Source of the DNA: Thermoplasmata archaeon
Lineage (GTDB): Archaea > Thermoplasmatota > Thermoplasmata > Lutacidiplasmatales > UBA184
Reading direction: 5' to 3'
Assembly (NCBI GenBank): GCA_035502475.1
Contig: DATJUJ010000036.1
Coordinates: 66,357 to 130,356, forward strand
DNA length: 64,000 nt
This document shows positions 1 through 9,483 of the stretch, piece by piece. The notes under the pieces were generated by a model. That model worked only from the letters and a program-made list of their open reading frames with translations, had not been told where the DNA came from and did not search any database. Within the stretch, counting starts at the first letter, position 1, and every line of letters starts with the position of its first letter. Both the position numbers and the translations under genes were made by a program.

Positions 1-2
1 TC

Positions 3-1022
3 GCCGGGAAGCTCCGACCCGAGTTCGCGCCGCGCCCGCCAGACACCCGGGACCTCGAGGCCTACGCGCGGTTCCTGCAAGCCCAGAAGCTCTGGGGCGA
101 AAAGGCCTCGGAGACGAGCGTCCGTCACGCTCTGCGGCTGTTCGAGGAGGCGAGCGAACGGGATCCGACGTTCGCCCGGGCGCTGGTGGGCAGTGCGGAG
201 TGCCTGCTCTGGCTCATCACCGAGGGGGCGGAACCGGTCGGGCGGACGACCCGGGTCGCTCGCGAGCGGATCGAGCGCGCGCTCGCGCTCGACGACCGGC
301 TGGCGGAGGCCCACTCGGCGATGGCGGGGCTGCTCCTCGGCGAGGACGAGACCGCCGCGAGCGAACGCGAGGCGCGACTGGCGATCGAACTCAATCCGAG
401 CGCCGCCGACGCGTACCGGTGGCTGGGTCAGATCGAGGCGGGGGAGGGCCGGATCGACTCGACCGCGCGGCTCCTCGAGGAGGCCTACCGGTTGGACCCG
501 CTCGACGTGAACGTGATCGCGTTCCTAGGACGCGCGTACAGCTACGCCGGGCGGGACGCCGAGGCGTTCGCGTTCTGGGAGCGGACCCAGCCGCTCGTCC
601 CGTTCCGCACGATCGCGCACCGCACCGAGTACTACCTCGGTCACGGGGAGCTCGAGCAGGCCGGCGAGGGCATCCTGGAGCTCGAGCGGCTGCGCCCGGG
701 AAGCGCCTGGACGCACGTCTACCGGGGCATCTATGAGGCGAAGCGGGGGCATCGCGAGGAGGCGCTGCGGTCGATCGAGCGCATCCGCGAGCGGCAGAAG
801 GCCGGGGACGGCACGCCGTTCTTCATGGGGTTCATCCGGTACGCCCTCGGAGACCTCGACGGGTTCGTGGCCACGCTGGAGGAGTCGTTCCGGCTCCACC
901 AGCTGCCCCTGCTCGAGCTCCTCTACTCGAGCCTGTTCACCGAGGCGCGTAAGGACCCCCGGATCATCGACCTGATCCGGCGCCAGCAGGCCCTCCACCC
1001 GGGCTCCACCGGGTCGCCCTGA
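3..1022 (+). CDS. TPR-repeat protein, C-terminal part (5' end outside the window)
   Basis: Track ORF 186..1022 stays open in the same frame back to nt 3 (..DLEAYARFLQAQKLWGEKASE..). Repeated helical-hairpin motifs (AEAHSAMAGLLLGE, AADAYRWLGQIEAG, NVIAFLGRAYSYAG, HVYRGIYEAKRG) are typical of TPR arrays. Confidence 0.7.
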   Translation, partial: AGKLRPEFAPRPPDTRDLEAYARFLQAQKLWGEKASETSVRHALRLFEEASERDPTFARALVGSAECLLWLITEGAEPVGRTTRVARERIERALALDDRLAEAHSAMAGLLLGEDETAASEREARLAIELNPSAADAYRWLGQIEAGEGRIDSTARLLEEAYRLDPLDVNVIAFLGRAYSYAGRDAEAFAFWERTQPLVPFRTIAHRTEYYLGHGELEQAGEGILELERLRPGSAWTHVYRGIYEAKRGHREEALRSIERIRERQKAGDGTPFFMGFIRYALGDLDGFVATLEESFRLHQLPLLELLYSSLFTEARKDPRIIDLIRRQQALHPGSTGSP

Positions 1023-1405
1023 CCTCGGGCGGGTCCGCGCCGGCGCCGAGGGCGGCGGTCGCGCGGAGTCGGTGGGCCGTCGCGGCCGGTGCCTCGCCCC
1101 GACGGCGAGCCCGCCCGCGAGGCGGATGGAGCCAAGGATCTAGCGCGGCGGCGTCCGTTCCGCGAAGGGGAGGAGTTCGGGAGGGCGTGTCCCCGAGGGC
1201 CGTGGCCGGTCCCGAAGGCGGGATTTCCATCGCGCTCACGGGCGCGGGCTCGACCGCTCGAGGGGTCAGCCGAGGGGCGGACTAGAACGAGGGGTCCATG
1301 GCCACGCCGTGGGGGCGCGCTCGGACTCCTCGCTTCGAGGACGGATCGCGTCCCCCGCGCGCCCGCTCGCTCCGGTCGACTCGCAGCGGTAACCCCACCC
1401 CGCGT

Positions 1406-2509
1406 TCAGACTCGCCGAGCCCAGAGGAGCGTACCGTACTCGGGGCCGAAGAGGAATCGATGCGGCCCGGGGACGCCGACCTCCTTCGCGAAGGGTCGAA
1501 GGTCGGGGTGGTCGATCCGAACGTCGGAGTAGCCGGCCCGTCGGGCGAAGCGGGCCAGCCCCCGATCGTCGTAGAATCGCACGCCGCCCTTTCGTTTCGG
1601 CCCGGCCGTGGGAGTTCCGTACATCTTCGGGGTGCCGGTCCATACCACGAACCGCCCGCCCGGACGCAAGGTCCGGAACACCTCCCGGAACGCGTGCTCC
1701 GGGGCCGGGAGCCACGGAAGGACTCCCGACATGGCCGCACACGTGAACCGCCCGTTCGGAAACGGCAGAGCGGTCGCATCCCCCAACCGAAGGTGGAGGT
1801 GCCCCGCGGCGATGGCTCGTGCGTTCTGCTGCGAGGCGACCTTCAGCATGTCCGCGCTGTGGTCGACCGCGGCGGCACGGCACCCGGTCGCGAGCGCTCG
1901 CTTGAGCAGCGCCCCGCCTCCACAGCCCACCTCGAGCAGGACGTCCTCCCTCCGGAGCGCCAGGCCTTCCAGGATCGCGCGAAAGCCGGGCAGGTGATAG
2001 ACGGGTTCCTTCCAGTACCGCTTGCTGGACGGCCCCGACGGCCGTCCTCCTGATCGATCGTCGGACCACTCCGCCAACCGCGCCGGGGCGACGGCCAGGA
2101 GCAGGGGGGCGACGACCTCGGACGTGAGCCAGCCCAGTCCCTGCTCCTCTCTCGGATCCCCCCGCAACCCGGTTCCCCCGCCGTGTTCGATCACGATCGT
2201 CGTTCCCGAACCCGCGCCCTCGCACCGAACGCGGAGCCGCGGGGCCGGCCCCTTCCGGTCGGCCTCTGGGTCCCAGACGATCTCCAGCCGTCGGGGGGGC
2301 TCCCATCGAACCAGCCGCGCGCGGCCCCGGCGAGGTTTCCGATCCTGGGTGCTCCGAAGCTGACCGCCGCGCTCCCCGGCGATCAGCCAGCCCCGTTGAA
2401 GGAGGGAGGAGGAGAGTTCGGCCCAGAAGAGGGGGAAGACCTCCGCGGGCGAGGCGGAGACGCGGGAGCGAATCTCGACCAGCGGACGGGGGGCGATCGA
2501 ACGCGACAT
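1406..2509 (-). CDS. Fusion protein: N-terminal SRPBCC/AHSA1-like domain plus class I SAM-dependent methyltransferase
   Basis: 367-aa ORF. C-terminal half has SAM motif I LLEVGCGGGALL, then DHSADML and RPGGRFVVW. N-terminal ~150 aa looks like an Aha1/SRPBCC ligand-binding fold (by eye). Confidence 0.75.
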   Translation of the reverse strand: MSRSIAPRPLVEIRSRVSASPAEVFPLFWAELSSSLLQRGWLIAGERGGQLRSTQDRKPRRGRARLVRWEPPRRLEIVWDPEADRKGPAPRLRVRCEGAGSGTTIVIEHGGGTGLRGDPREEQGLGWLTSEVVAPLLLAVAPARLAEWSDDRSGGRPSGPSSKRYWKEPVYHLPGFRAILEGLALRREDVLLEVGCGGGALLKRALATGCRAAAVDHSADMLKVASQQNARAIAAGHLHLRLGDATALPFPNGRFTCAAMSGVLPWLPAPEHAFREVFRTLRPGGRFVVWTGTPKMYGTPTAGPKRKGGVRFYDDRGLARFARRAGYSDVRIDHPDLRPFAKEVGVPGPHRFLFGPEYGTLLWARRV

Positions 2510-2926
2510 CTCGACTCACCTCCAGCGGGGCCGGGACTATCCTACTTTGGTCGCCCGCGAGAGCGCGGGCCGACGGGTCCCGTCTCGACAGCACCGCGCG
2601 AGCGGGGCGGCCCCTTCGCTTGATGGTTTGGTTGCCCGGGGTAACCGCGTTCTGGTGGCCGCTCGCCGGAGCCCGAACGCTCTCCGGCAGTCTCCCCAGT
2701 CCCTCGAGGGGACCGGGCCGCAACGGGGTGGAGGGCTCGGTGTCCGGAGCTCGAGAGCGGTGGGGATCGATGTGGGAGGCGCCGGAGGTAGTTCGCTCGG
2801 AGGACGGGCGCTCCCGCCGGACGTCAGCGACCGGGACGCTAAGGACCGTTCGGAACCGGGTCGCGGGAGGTCCCACCGAGCTGCATCCGGAGGCGACCCG
2901 GTGGTCGGAGCGGATGGGGAAAAGAC

Positions 2927-3553
2927 TCACGACGGCGGGAGTGCGGGCTTCTGCGCGATGACCACGTCCATCGCCTTCCGATGGGGAACGCCGCTCGCGT
3001 CGGAGATGAACTCCACTTGCCCGGAGTCCAGGATCTGCCAGTCCCAGTAGTAGCCGAGCAGCTCTCCCGAGCGGAACGGAGTCGCCCAGGGGTTCGTCGT
3101 CTGGGGCGGGATGTACGGTTTCAGGACGTCGGCGTTCACGGCGTTGATCCCCCCCGGTGCGGTGTTCGCCTTGAAGTGTTCAAATCGGCTCGCCCGAAGT
3201 CGACGAGGGAGGTTGTTCAGGGCGCCCGAGGAGAACACCGCGTCCACTCGATGGCTCAACCGATAGGTCCGGATGTCGCCCACTTGAAATCGAACCGGGA
3301 CCCCGAGCCGAGCCGCCCGGCGCTCCGCCTTTCCGACTCCCACGCTCGAGATATCCACGCCCAGGACCCGGTAGCCTTGCCGGGCAAAGTAGATCGCGTC
3401 CCGTCCCTCGCCGCAACCGAGATCGACCACGGTACGGGGGGGGTGCGGGAGTGAGCGAGCGAGGCGAACGACCTTCCGGGCCAGCTGGGTGGGCTGGCTG
3501 CCCCAATACAATCCGGGGCGAGCGTACCGTGCGTCGTAGATCGGCTGCCTCAA
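2927..3553 (-). CDS. SAM-dependent methyltransferase (TehB-like)
   Basis: 208-aa ORF with motif I VVDLGCGEGRDAIYFARQGYRVLGVDIS and motif II/III DAVFSSGALNNL. Confidence 0.8.
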   Translation of the reverse strand: MRQPIYDARYARPGLYWGSQPTQLARKVVRLARSLPHPPRTVVDLGCGEGRDAIYFARQGYRVLGVDISSVGVGKAERRAARLGVPVRFQVGDIRTYRLSHRVDAVFSSGALNNLPRRLRASRFEHFKANTAPGGINAVNADVLKPYIPPQTTNPWATPFRSGELLGYYWDWQILDSGQVEFISDASGVPHRKAMDVVIAQKPALPPS

Positions 3554-3889
3554 CGCGAACGCTCCTCCGGACCCGGGGCGTAGCGGCCTCGGCCTGATGA
3601 GGGAGACTGCCGCCGGGCCAGCCCTCGACTGAAGCGACTCGGGTTGGAGATCCTGGTTCCCACGACGGGGGGCGGGGACGCGGTCCCGGCGACGGTCGCC
3701 CGACGGCCTGTCTCGGCGAGTCGTTCCGTGGTGCCGGAGTACGGGCCGGGGGTCGGCGCTTCCGGCTCCGCTCCAGGGCTCGCCGGGCGAGAGACGCCGA
3801 CCCGGCAGGGGCTTCGTTCACGCCTCTCGCCGGAGTCCGCCGTCCGAACGGGCGGCGGGGGGAAGGACGAACCAGAGGGCGGGAAAGCC

Positions 3890-3963
3890 AGCCACTGGAG
3901 GGACTTGAACCCCCGACCTGCTGATTACGAATCAGCCGCTCTGCCAGACTGAGCTACAGTGGC
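3890..3963 (-). tRNA. tRNA-Thr (anticodon CGU)
   Basis: The reverse complement folds as a 74-nt cloverleaf: acceptor GCCACTG/CAGTGGC, D arm GCTC..GAGC, anticodon stem GCTGA/TCAGC with loop TTCGTAA, T arm GGGGG-TTCAAGT-CCCTC, discriminator T. No encoded CCA. Confidence 0.9.
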
Positions 3964-3990
3964 GCGCCGGGCCGACGAGAAACCTCGACC

Positions 3991-3996
3991 TATAAG
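3991..3996 (-). promoter_or_regulatory. TATA-like box for tRNA-Thr
   Basis: Isolated AT island (plus-strand cctataaggg) about 30 nt upstream of the tRNA 5' end, in otherwise GC-rich DNA. Confidence 0.45.
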
Positions 3997-4014
3997 GGTG
4001 CCGGCGCCGACCGG

Positions 4015-5232
4015 TCAGGCGAGCGGGTCGAGCGCCTCTTGGAGGTCCCGGAGGAGGTCCTCGGGTTCCTCGATCCCGAGGGCGAGCCGGACCAGTCCGT
4101 CGTCGATCCCGAGCGCCGCGCGCTCGTCGGCAGAGAGACCCCGGTGCGAGGTGAGCCCCGGCACGCTGACGAGCGACTCGACCCCGCCGAGGCTCGCCGC
4201 GATCTCGACCAGACGGAGCCGGTCCAGGAACCGCTCGACGGCGGGGGCTCCGCCGCGCAGCGACACCGCGACCACTCCGCCCCGGCCCGTCATCTGGCGC
4301 CGGGCGATCGCCTCCTCCTGGGGACTTCCGAGGCCCGGGTAGTGCACCCGGGCGACGGCCGGATGGTCGCGGAGGGCCGCGGCGACCCGTCGACCGTTCT
4401 CGTTGTGCCGGGCGACCCGGAGGGCGAGGGTCTTCAGGCTTCGGTCGAGCAGGAATCCCGCGAACGGGTCGAGCGGCGCGCCGAGCGAGCTCTTGGGGTC
4501 GATCCGGTCGAGGAGCTCCCGCCGGCCGACCAGGGCGCCGCCCACCAGGTCGGAGTGCCCTCCGAGGTACTTCGTGGCGCTGTGGACCACCAGGTCGGCC
4601 CCGAGGGCGATCGGCCGCTGGTTGATCGGCGTCGCGAACGTGTTGTCGACGAGCAGGATCGCCCCGGCCGCGTGGGCCGCCCCCGCCCACCGGGTCAGGT
4701 CGTGGACCTGAAGGAGGGGGTTCGTCGGCGTCTCGAGCACGACGAGCCGGGTCCCCCGGGCGATGTGCGCCTCCGGCTCCCGGGCCTCCGTCCCCCCGAT
4801 CTCGTGCACGGCGACCCCGAACCGGGGCAGGAACTGGCGGAGGAGGTCGGTCGTGCCCCCGTAGATGCCGCGCAGCGCGACGACCGAGTCTCCGGAGGCG
4901 ACGAGCCCGAGGACCGCGGAGGAGATCGCGCCCATCCCCGAGGCGAACAGGCGGGCCGACTCGCCGCCCTCGAGCTGGCGGAGGGTCTCGGCCGGCACGT
5001 CCAGGGTCGGGTTCTCGTTGCGGGTGTAGAGGTACACCCGTCCGCGCTCCCGGGCCTCCGAGCGCTCCGCGGGAAAACGGAACGTGGAGGTCTGGTAGAT
5101 CGGCGGCACGACCGCCCCGGCGTTCCAGTCCGGCCGCCGGGCCCCGTGCACGAGCCGGGTCGTGGGTCCGACCCACTCGGGCACGGGCCGGAACTTCCCG
5201 CCCTTTGGGGCCTCGTCGGGCGGCTCGGTCAT
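4015..5232 (-). CDS. Cys/Met-metabolism PLP-dependent enzyme (cystathionine gamma-synthase / beta-lyase / methionine gamma-lyase family)
   Basis: 405-aa ORF. Family motifs YTRNENPT, ETPTNPLL and the PLP-lysine motif HSATKYLGGHSD. Confidence 0.85.
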   Translation of the reverse strand: MTEPPDEAPKGGKFRPVPEWVGPTTRLVHGARRPDWNAGAVVPPIYQTSTFRFPAERSEARERGRVYLYTRNENPTLDVPAETLRQLEGGESARLFASGMGAISSAVLGLVASGDSVVALRGIYGGTTDLLRQFLPRFGVAVHEIGGTEAREPEAHIARGTRLVVLETPTNPLLQVHDLTRWAGAAHAAGAILLVDNTFATPINQRPIALGADLVVHSATKYLGGHSDLVGGALVGRRELLDRIDPKSSLGAPLDPFAGFLLDRSLKTLALRVARHNENGRRVAAALRDHPAVARVHYPGLGSPQEEAIARRQMTGRGGVVAVSLRGGAPAVERFLDRLRLVEIAASLGGVESLVSVPGLTSHRGLSADERAALGIDDGLVRLALGIEEPEDLLRDLQEALDPLA

Positions 5233-5771
5233 GGACGCCCGGCCGACGGCGCGGGGCGGTCGCCGCGCCCGGCGAGGAGGCGGAGCCGCCCCGGCGCGTC
5301 GATCCCTTCAAGGTACGCTGCGACCGCGGGGGGCACCGCGCGCTTCCAGTCGCCGCCGCTGGCGAGCAGGCGACGGATCGCGACCCCCTCGTAGCGCCCC
5401 CGGTCGTAGAGCGGCGGGCTCTCGACCGCGTAGCCGGCGCGTTCGAACAGGAGCCTCGTGAGGGGATTGTTCGTGTAGACCCGCTCGAACGGCGGCAGGA
5501 GGGCGGCGACGTACGCGACCCACTCCGCGTGCCGCTGAATGTCGGGGATGGGGACGATCGCGCAGCCGGTGATCCCGGCCTCGTCGAGGGCCCGCTCGAT
5601 CGCCTCGAACCGCTCGCCCGCGGTGAACGGGTTCGCCTCGGTGTACGACTCCTGGGCACTGCCGATCCCGAGAACGAGCCCCTCCGGCGGTCGCTCGCTG
5701 CGCACGTGCCGGACGACCTCGAGGTGCCCGCCGTGGAACGGCTGGAAGCGGCCGATCAGCACGCCGCGCAC
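5229..5771 (-). CDS. nadM: Nicotinamide-nucleotide adenylyltransferase, archaeal type
   Basis: 180-aa ORF starting MRGVLIGRFQPFHGGHLEVV (the (H/T)xGH nucleotidyltransferase motif). 4-nt overlap with the downstream PLP-enzyme gene. Confidence 0.85.
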   Translation of the reverse strand: MRGVLIGRFQPFHGGHLEVVRHVRSERPPEGLVLGIGSAQESYTEANPFTAGERFEAIERALDEAGITGCAIVPIPDIQRHAEWVAYVAALLPPFERVYTNNPLTRLLFERAGYAVESPPLYDRGRYEGVAIRRLLASGGDWKRAVPPAVAAYLEGIDAPGRLRLLAGRGDRPAPSAGRP

Positions 5772-5783
5772 GGGCCCCTCCCC

Positions 5784-6017
5784 TCACTCGGGGCTCAGGT
5801 CATCGACGTCGTCCAGGAACTCGTCGATGTGCGGGCAGCGGGCGGTCAGGTAGTGTCGGCAGTGCTCGCAGCGCCGGTCGTTCCAGGACGGTAGCAGCGC
5901 GCCGTTGAACTCGTAGCACGGACGGTTGACGAACCGATCCTCCTCTTCCTCCTCGGCGACGGGCGGGAACGGGGTCGGTTGGGGCGTATGGGCGGGGACC
6001 CGGAAACTGCCTCTCAC
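5784..6017 (-). CDS. Small Cys/His-rich acidic protein (possible zinc-binding), function unknown
   Basis: 77-aa ORF. Its GTG start overlaps the lonB TGA (GTGA). Cys/His pattern C-x15-CEHCRH-x5-CPH, with acidic patches EEEEED and DEFLDDVDD. High GC3. Confidence 0.5.
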   Translation of the reverse strand: MRGSFRVPAHTPQPTPFPPVAEEEEEDRFVNRPCYEFNGALLPSWNDRRCEHCRHYLTARCPHIDEFLDDVDDLSPE

Positions 6018-8044
6018 GAACCCGCCGGTCGGCCGGGCGGAGCGGTCGTCGACCCGGCGGGCGTGGCCGACGGGATCTCCTCGGTCGTGCGGCTGGTGGC
6101 GTGCACCATCGCGGCGAGGCGCTCGAGCAGCGACTCCTTCTTCGTCCCCTGGCCCACGAGAGCGTACTTGAGCACGTCCCGGAGGGTCCGGACCGGGATC
6201 ACCTCGATCACGCCCTTGTAGCGGGACTCCAGCACCAGGTCGTCCACGTTGTCCTCCGGGATGAGGACGCGGCGGATCCCCGAGTCGGCCGCCGCCTCGA
6301 CCTTCGCGGTCACGCCCCCGACGGGGAGCACCTGGCCGCGGACGCTCAGGGACCCGGTCATGGCGACCGACTGGTCGACGGGGACGCCCTCGAGCGCGCT
6401 GATGACGGCCGTGGCGATCGAGACCGACGCGCTGTCGCCCTCGACGCCGTCGGACGCGCCCACGAACTGGATGTGGATGTCGAAGCGCGAGATGTCCTCG
6501 CCGGTGTACTTCTTGATCAGCGCGCTCACGTTCTGCACCGCCTCGCGCGCGATCTCGCCGAGCTTGCCGGTCGCGACGACGACCCCGCCGTCCCGCGTCT
6601 GGGCGGGCGTCACCTCGGCGGCGATCGGGAGCACGATGCCCGAGAACTCGGCCATGCCGGTCTGGGCGTTGATCGCCGCGAGGCCGTTCACGACCCCGAC
6701 GGTCGCGCCTTCGACCGAGAACATGCGGTACTCCTTGCGGCGTTCGATGTACCGGTCGGCGATCTGCTGCTCCAGGGAGCGGCTCGCCCGCTTTGCCTTC
6801 ACGACCTGATCGGCGTGCACGAGCGGGACGCCCTCCGAGAGCGCGATGTCGCCCGCGACGCGGACGAGCCCGCCGAGCTCGCGGAGCCGCAGGGTCAACT
6901 GCCCCGACCGTCCCGAGCGGCGCTGGGCCTCCCGGATGACCTCGGTGATCGCCGGGACATCGAAGTGCGGGATCTTCTTGTCCTTCGCGACCTCCTGGGC
7001 GACGAACCGGACGAGCTTCATGCGGTTCTCGGGCGTGTCGGGCATCGTCGTCTTGACGAACAGCTCGTAGCCATAGCCCCGGATCCGGGAGCGGAGCGCC
7101 GGGTGCATCGTCTGGACGCTGTCGACGTTGCCGGCCGCGACCAGCACGAAGTCGGACGGGACGGGCTCGGTCTTCACCATCGCCCCGGCGGAACGCTCGG
7201 ACTGCCCCACGATCGGGAACTTCCGCTCCTGGAGGGCGGTCAATAGGGAGTGCTGGCTCTCGATCTTGAGGAGGTTGATCTCGTCGAGGAACAGGACCCC
7301 GCCGTTCGCCTTGTGGATGGCGCCCACCTCGACGCGCTCGTGGGGCGGCGTCTCGAGCCCGCCCGACTGGAACGGGTCGTGCTTCACGTCGCCGAGCAGC
7401 GCGCCCGCATGAGCGCCCGTCGCGTCGACGAACGGCGGTTTCTCGTCCGTCGAGTGCGAGACGAGCAGCTTCGCGACCCCGCTATTCGCGTCGTTCCGAC
7501 CGCCAGAGAAGCGCACCAGGGCGTAGATGAACACGACGATCAGGATGCCGAACAGGAGCGCCGTGAGGTCCTTGGTCTCCAGCACGATGTAGATCGTGAA
7601 CGCAAAGACCGCGACCGTGAGGACGATGAACAGGATCGTGCGCTGTTCCTTCTTGGCGGCGGCCTCGAGCTTCTGCGCCGCCACGATCTCCTTGCCCTTC
7701 CCCGCCGGGACGACCCGGATCTTCGGCTCGTTGGGGTCGTCGTTGTTGGGATAGGCGAGGATGTCCTGGAGCTGCTCCTTCGGCAGAAAGTCGACCATCG
7801 ACCGGGCGAGCATGCTCTTGCCCGTGCCGGGTTCGCCGATGAGCATCATGTGCCGCTTCTGCGTCGCGGCCTTGCGGGCGACCTCCACGGCCTCGTCCTG
7901 GCCGATCACCTGGTCGAGGAGGCGGGGCGGGATCTCGATCTGCGCCGTCGAGGAGTACGGAAGGGTGCGCGCCCAGGTCTCGAGCTCGCTTTCTGCGGTT
8001 TGGTCCCCGTTCTCGACGGGCGGTGTGTCCGCTCCCTCTGCCAT
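6014..8044 (-). CDS. lonB: Archaeal membrane-bound Lon protease (LonB)
   Basis: Walker [11 protein letters not shown]. Two TM helices inserted in the AAA+ module ([34 protein letters not shown]). Protease Ser-Lys dyad motifs EGDSASVS and [13 protein letters not shown] 8044 chosen; the track ORF extends to TTG 8089. Confidence 0.92.
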   Translation of the reverse strand: MAEGADTPPVENGDQTAESELETWARTLPYSSTAQIEIPPRLLDQVIGQDEAVEVARKAATQKRHMMLIGEPGTGKSMLARSMVDFLPKEQLQDILAYPNNDDPNEPKIRVVPAGKGKEIVAAQKLEAAAKKEQRTILFIVLTVAVFAFTIYIVLETKDLTALLFGILIVVFIYALVRFSGGRNDANSGVAKLLVSHSTDEKPPFVDATGAHAGALLGDVKHDPFQSGGLETPPHERVEVGAIHKANGGVLFLDEINLLKIESQHSLLTALQERKFPIVGQSERSAGAMVKTEPVPSDFVLVAAGNVDSVQTMHPALRSRIRGYGYELFVKTTMPDTPENRMKLVRFVAQEVAKDKKIPHFDVPAITEVIREAQRRSGRSGQLTLRLRELGGLVRVAGDIALSEGVPLVHADQVVKAKRASRSLEQQIADRYIERRKEYRMFSVEGATVGVVNGLAAINAQTGMAEFSGIVLPIAAEVTPAQTRDGGVVVATGKLGEIAREAVQNVSALIKKYTGEDISRFDIHIQFVGASDGVEGDSASVSIATAVISALEGVPVDQSVAMTGSLSVRGQVLPVGGVTAKVEAAADSGIRRVLIPEDNVDDLVLESRYKGVIEVIPVRTLRDVLKYALVGQGTKKESLLERLAAMVHATSRTTEEIPSATPAGSTTAPPGRPAGS

Positions 8045-8185
8045 TGACGCGGAACGGTCCCGGTCGCAGAGACCCGTGCCGCCGGCCAAACAAGGAGAGG
8101 CAGTGTATAAATCCCTTCCCGGCGGGCCCGGGCCCTCGAGCGGCCGTACGGCAGCGGAACCGCAGGCGCGGGGCCGAGGAGCCCG

Positions 8186-8192
8186 TTATCTA
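8186..8192 (+). promoter_or_regulatory. TATA-like box (TTATCTA) upstream of folD
   Basis: gTTATCTACCg lies about 33 nt before the GTG at 8225. The same motif recurs before topA, the Kelch gene, and at 54553. Confidence 0.4.
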
Positions 8193-8224
8193 CCGAACCC
8201 GGCTCGGCCGCCCGGGCTCGTTCC

Positions 8225-9118
8225 GTGACCGAGCGTCTCGAGGGAAAACCGGTCGCCGAGACGCTCGACCGGGCGACGCGGGCCGCGATCGCGGCGCTGC
8301 CGACCGGCGGGGGGCCGCCGACGCTCGCGAGCCTCCACCGGGACGTCGAGAGCCCGTTCCGGTTCTACCTGAGGCGGCAGGAAGCGGCCGCGGCTCGGCT
8401 GGGGATCCGGTTCGTGTCGACCTCACTGCGCGCGGACGAGGGGCCCGCAGGCCTGGGGCGCGCGCTCGCCACCCTGGATCGCGATCCGTCCGTGCACGCG
8501 GTGCTCGTCGAGCACCCCTTGCCGGCGCCGTACGACTTCTCGGGCGCCCTCGCGGCCCTCCGGCCGGAGAAGGACGTCGACGGCGTCGGGCCGATCAACC
8601 TCGGTCGGCTCGTCGGCGGTCGGGCGGTCCATGTCCCGGCCGTCGCGAAGGCCGCGCTCGACATCGCGCGCCACTACGCCCTGCCGATCGAGGGGGAACG
8701 GGTCGTGGTGATCGGTCGATCGGAGACCGTCGGCCTTCCGCTCGCCCTGCTGCTCACCGCCCGGGCTCCCGGGCCGAGCGCGACCGTCACGGTCGCGCAC
8801 TCCCGGACCCGCGACCTCGCCGCGGTGCTCGCGGGAGCCCGCACCATCTTCTCGTGCGCCGGCCAGCCCGGACTCCTGCACCGTCGCAACGTCCCGGAGG
8901 GCGCGGCGATCGTGGACGTCGGCCTCTCGAGCGTGCCCGACCCCTCGAAGCCCAGCGGCGCCCGCGCCGTCGGGGACGCGGACCCCGACTCGCTCGACGG
9001 TTGGGCCGGCGCCCTCACCCCCGTGCCCGGCGGCGTCGGACCCGTCACGGTCGCCGAACTGATGGCCGAGACCGTGCGCTCTCGTTCCCTGCTCACGAGC
9101 CCCGGAGGGTCGGCGTGA
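8225..9118 (+). CDS. folD: Bifunctional methylenetetrahydrofolate dehydrogenase / methenyl-THF cyclohydrolase
   Basis: 297-aa ORF. Motifs VLVEHPLPAP, PEKDVDG, VVVIGRSETVGLPLALLL, TPVPGGVGPVTVA. Confidence 0.88.
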   Translation: MTERLEGKPVAETLDRATRAAIAALPTGGGPPTLASLHRDVESPFRFYLRRQEAAAARLGIRFVSTSLRADEGPAGLGRALATLDRDPSVHAVLVEHPLPAPYDFSGALAALRPEKDVDGVGPINLGRLVGGRAVHVPAVAKAALDIARHYALPIEGERVVVIGRSETVGLPLALLLTARAPGPSATVTVAHSRTRDLAAVLAGARTIFSCAGQPGLLHRRNVPEGAAIVDVGLSSVPDPSKPSGARAVGDADPDSLDGWAGALTPVPGGVGPVTVAELMAETVRSRSLLTSPGGSA

Positions 9119-9483
9119 GCCCGGCGGGAAGGCGCCCTTCGCGCGCGCGGTCGGCCCCACCGGTCCCGCTCCACTGCAAGGACTGCCCGATGTGGTATGG
9201 GGCGGAGGACGACGGGTGGGGCCCCTGCTCGATCAAGAACCGCCGGGGCGACTCCCGCTACCTCACCTGGGGCGGGCACCGGTGCGACGAGGGTTACGAG
9301 CTGCCGACGACGAGCGACGCCCGCGCCCGGGCCGGGGCGTTGAGCGGCTCCCGTTCGACCTCGAGGGCGTCGGCGGTCGGGTACTCCTCGACCGCGAAGG
9401 CCGGCCAGGGAAGGCGCCGGGCCGCGCGCCGAAGGACCCGCGGGGCGAGTTCCACCCGGCGCCGGACCGGGTCGAGACGGTAG
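9115..9483 (+). CDS. Candidate small Cys-rich protein (CxxC..C..C), C-terminal part antisense to the next gene
   Basis: GTG overlaps the folD TGA (GTGA). Segment ..LHCKDCPMWYGAEDDGWGPCSIKNRRGDSRYLTWGGHRCDEGYE.. has protein-like composition and high GC3. The frame has no stop until 9483, i.e. 190 nt into the convergent radical SAM gene. Confidence 0.35.
   Translation: MSPAGRRPSRARSAPPVPLHCKDCPMWYGAEDDGWGPCSIKNRRGDSRYLTWGGHRCDEGYELPTTSDARARAGALSGSRSTSRASAVGYSSTAKAGQGRRRAARRRTRGASSTRRRTGSRR

Noticed and set aside
2510-2926. Possible SRP RNA or RNase P RNA in the long non-coding gaps (also 1023..1405, 3554..3889, 48138..48340).
   Set aside because: I could not find the conserved GGAA-tetraloop/AGCA helix-8 context or the GAGGAAAGUCC/ACAGAA RNase P motifs by eye. 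This is left as an open question in the findings rather than called.
3594-3642. Possible C/D-box sRNA: CTGATGA followed about 28 nt later by CTGA.
   Set aside because: There are no internal D'/C' boxes at the expected 12-nt guide spacing, and no terminal stem complementarity. Short box-like strings are expected by chance.
8023-9114. First ~360 codons of the 486-aa track ORF 8023..9483.
   Set aside because: This part is out-of-frame with, and covered by, lonB upstream DNA and folD, and it is Arg/Gly/Pro-rich. Only the part after the folD stop (from GTG 9115) has protein-like composition and was kept as a low-confidence candidate.
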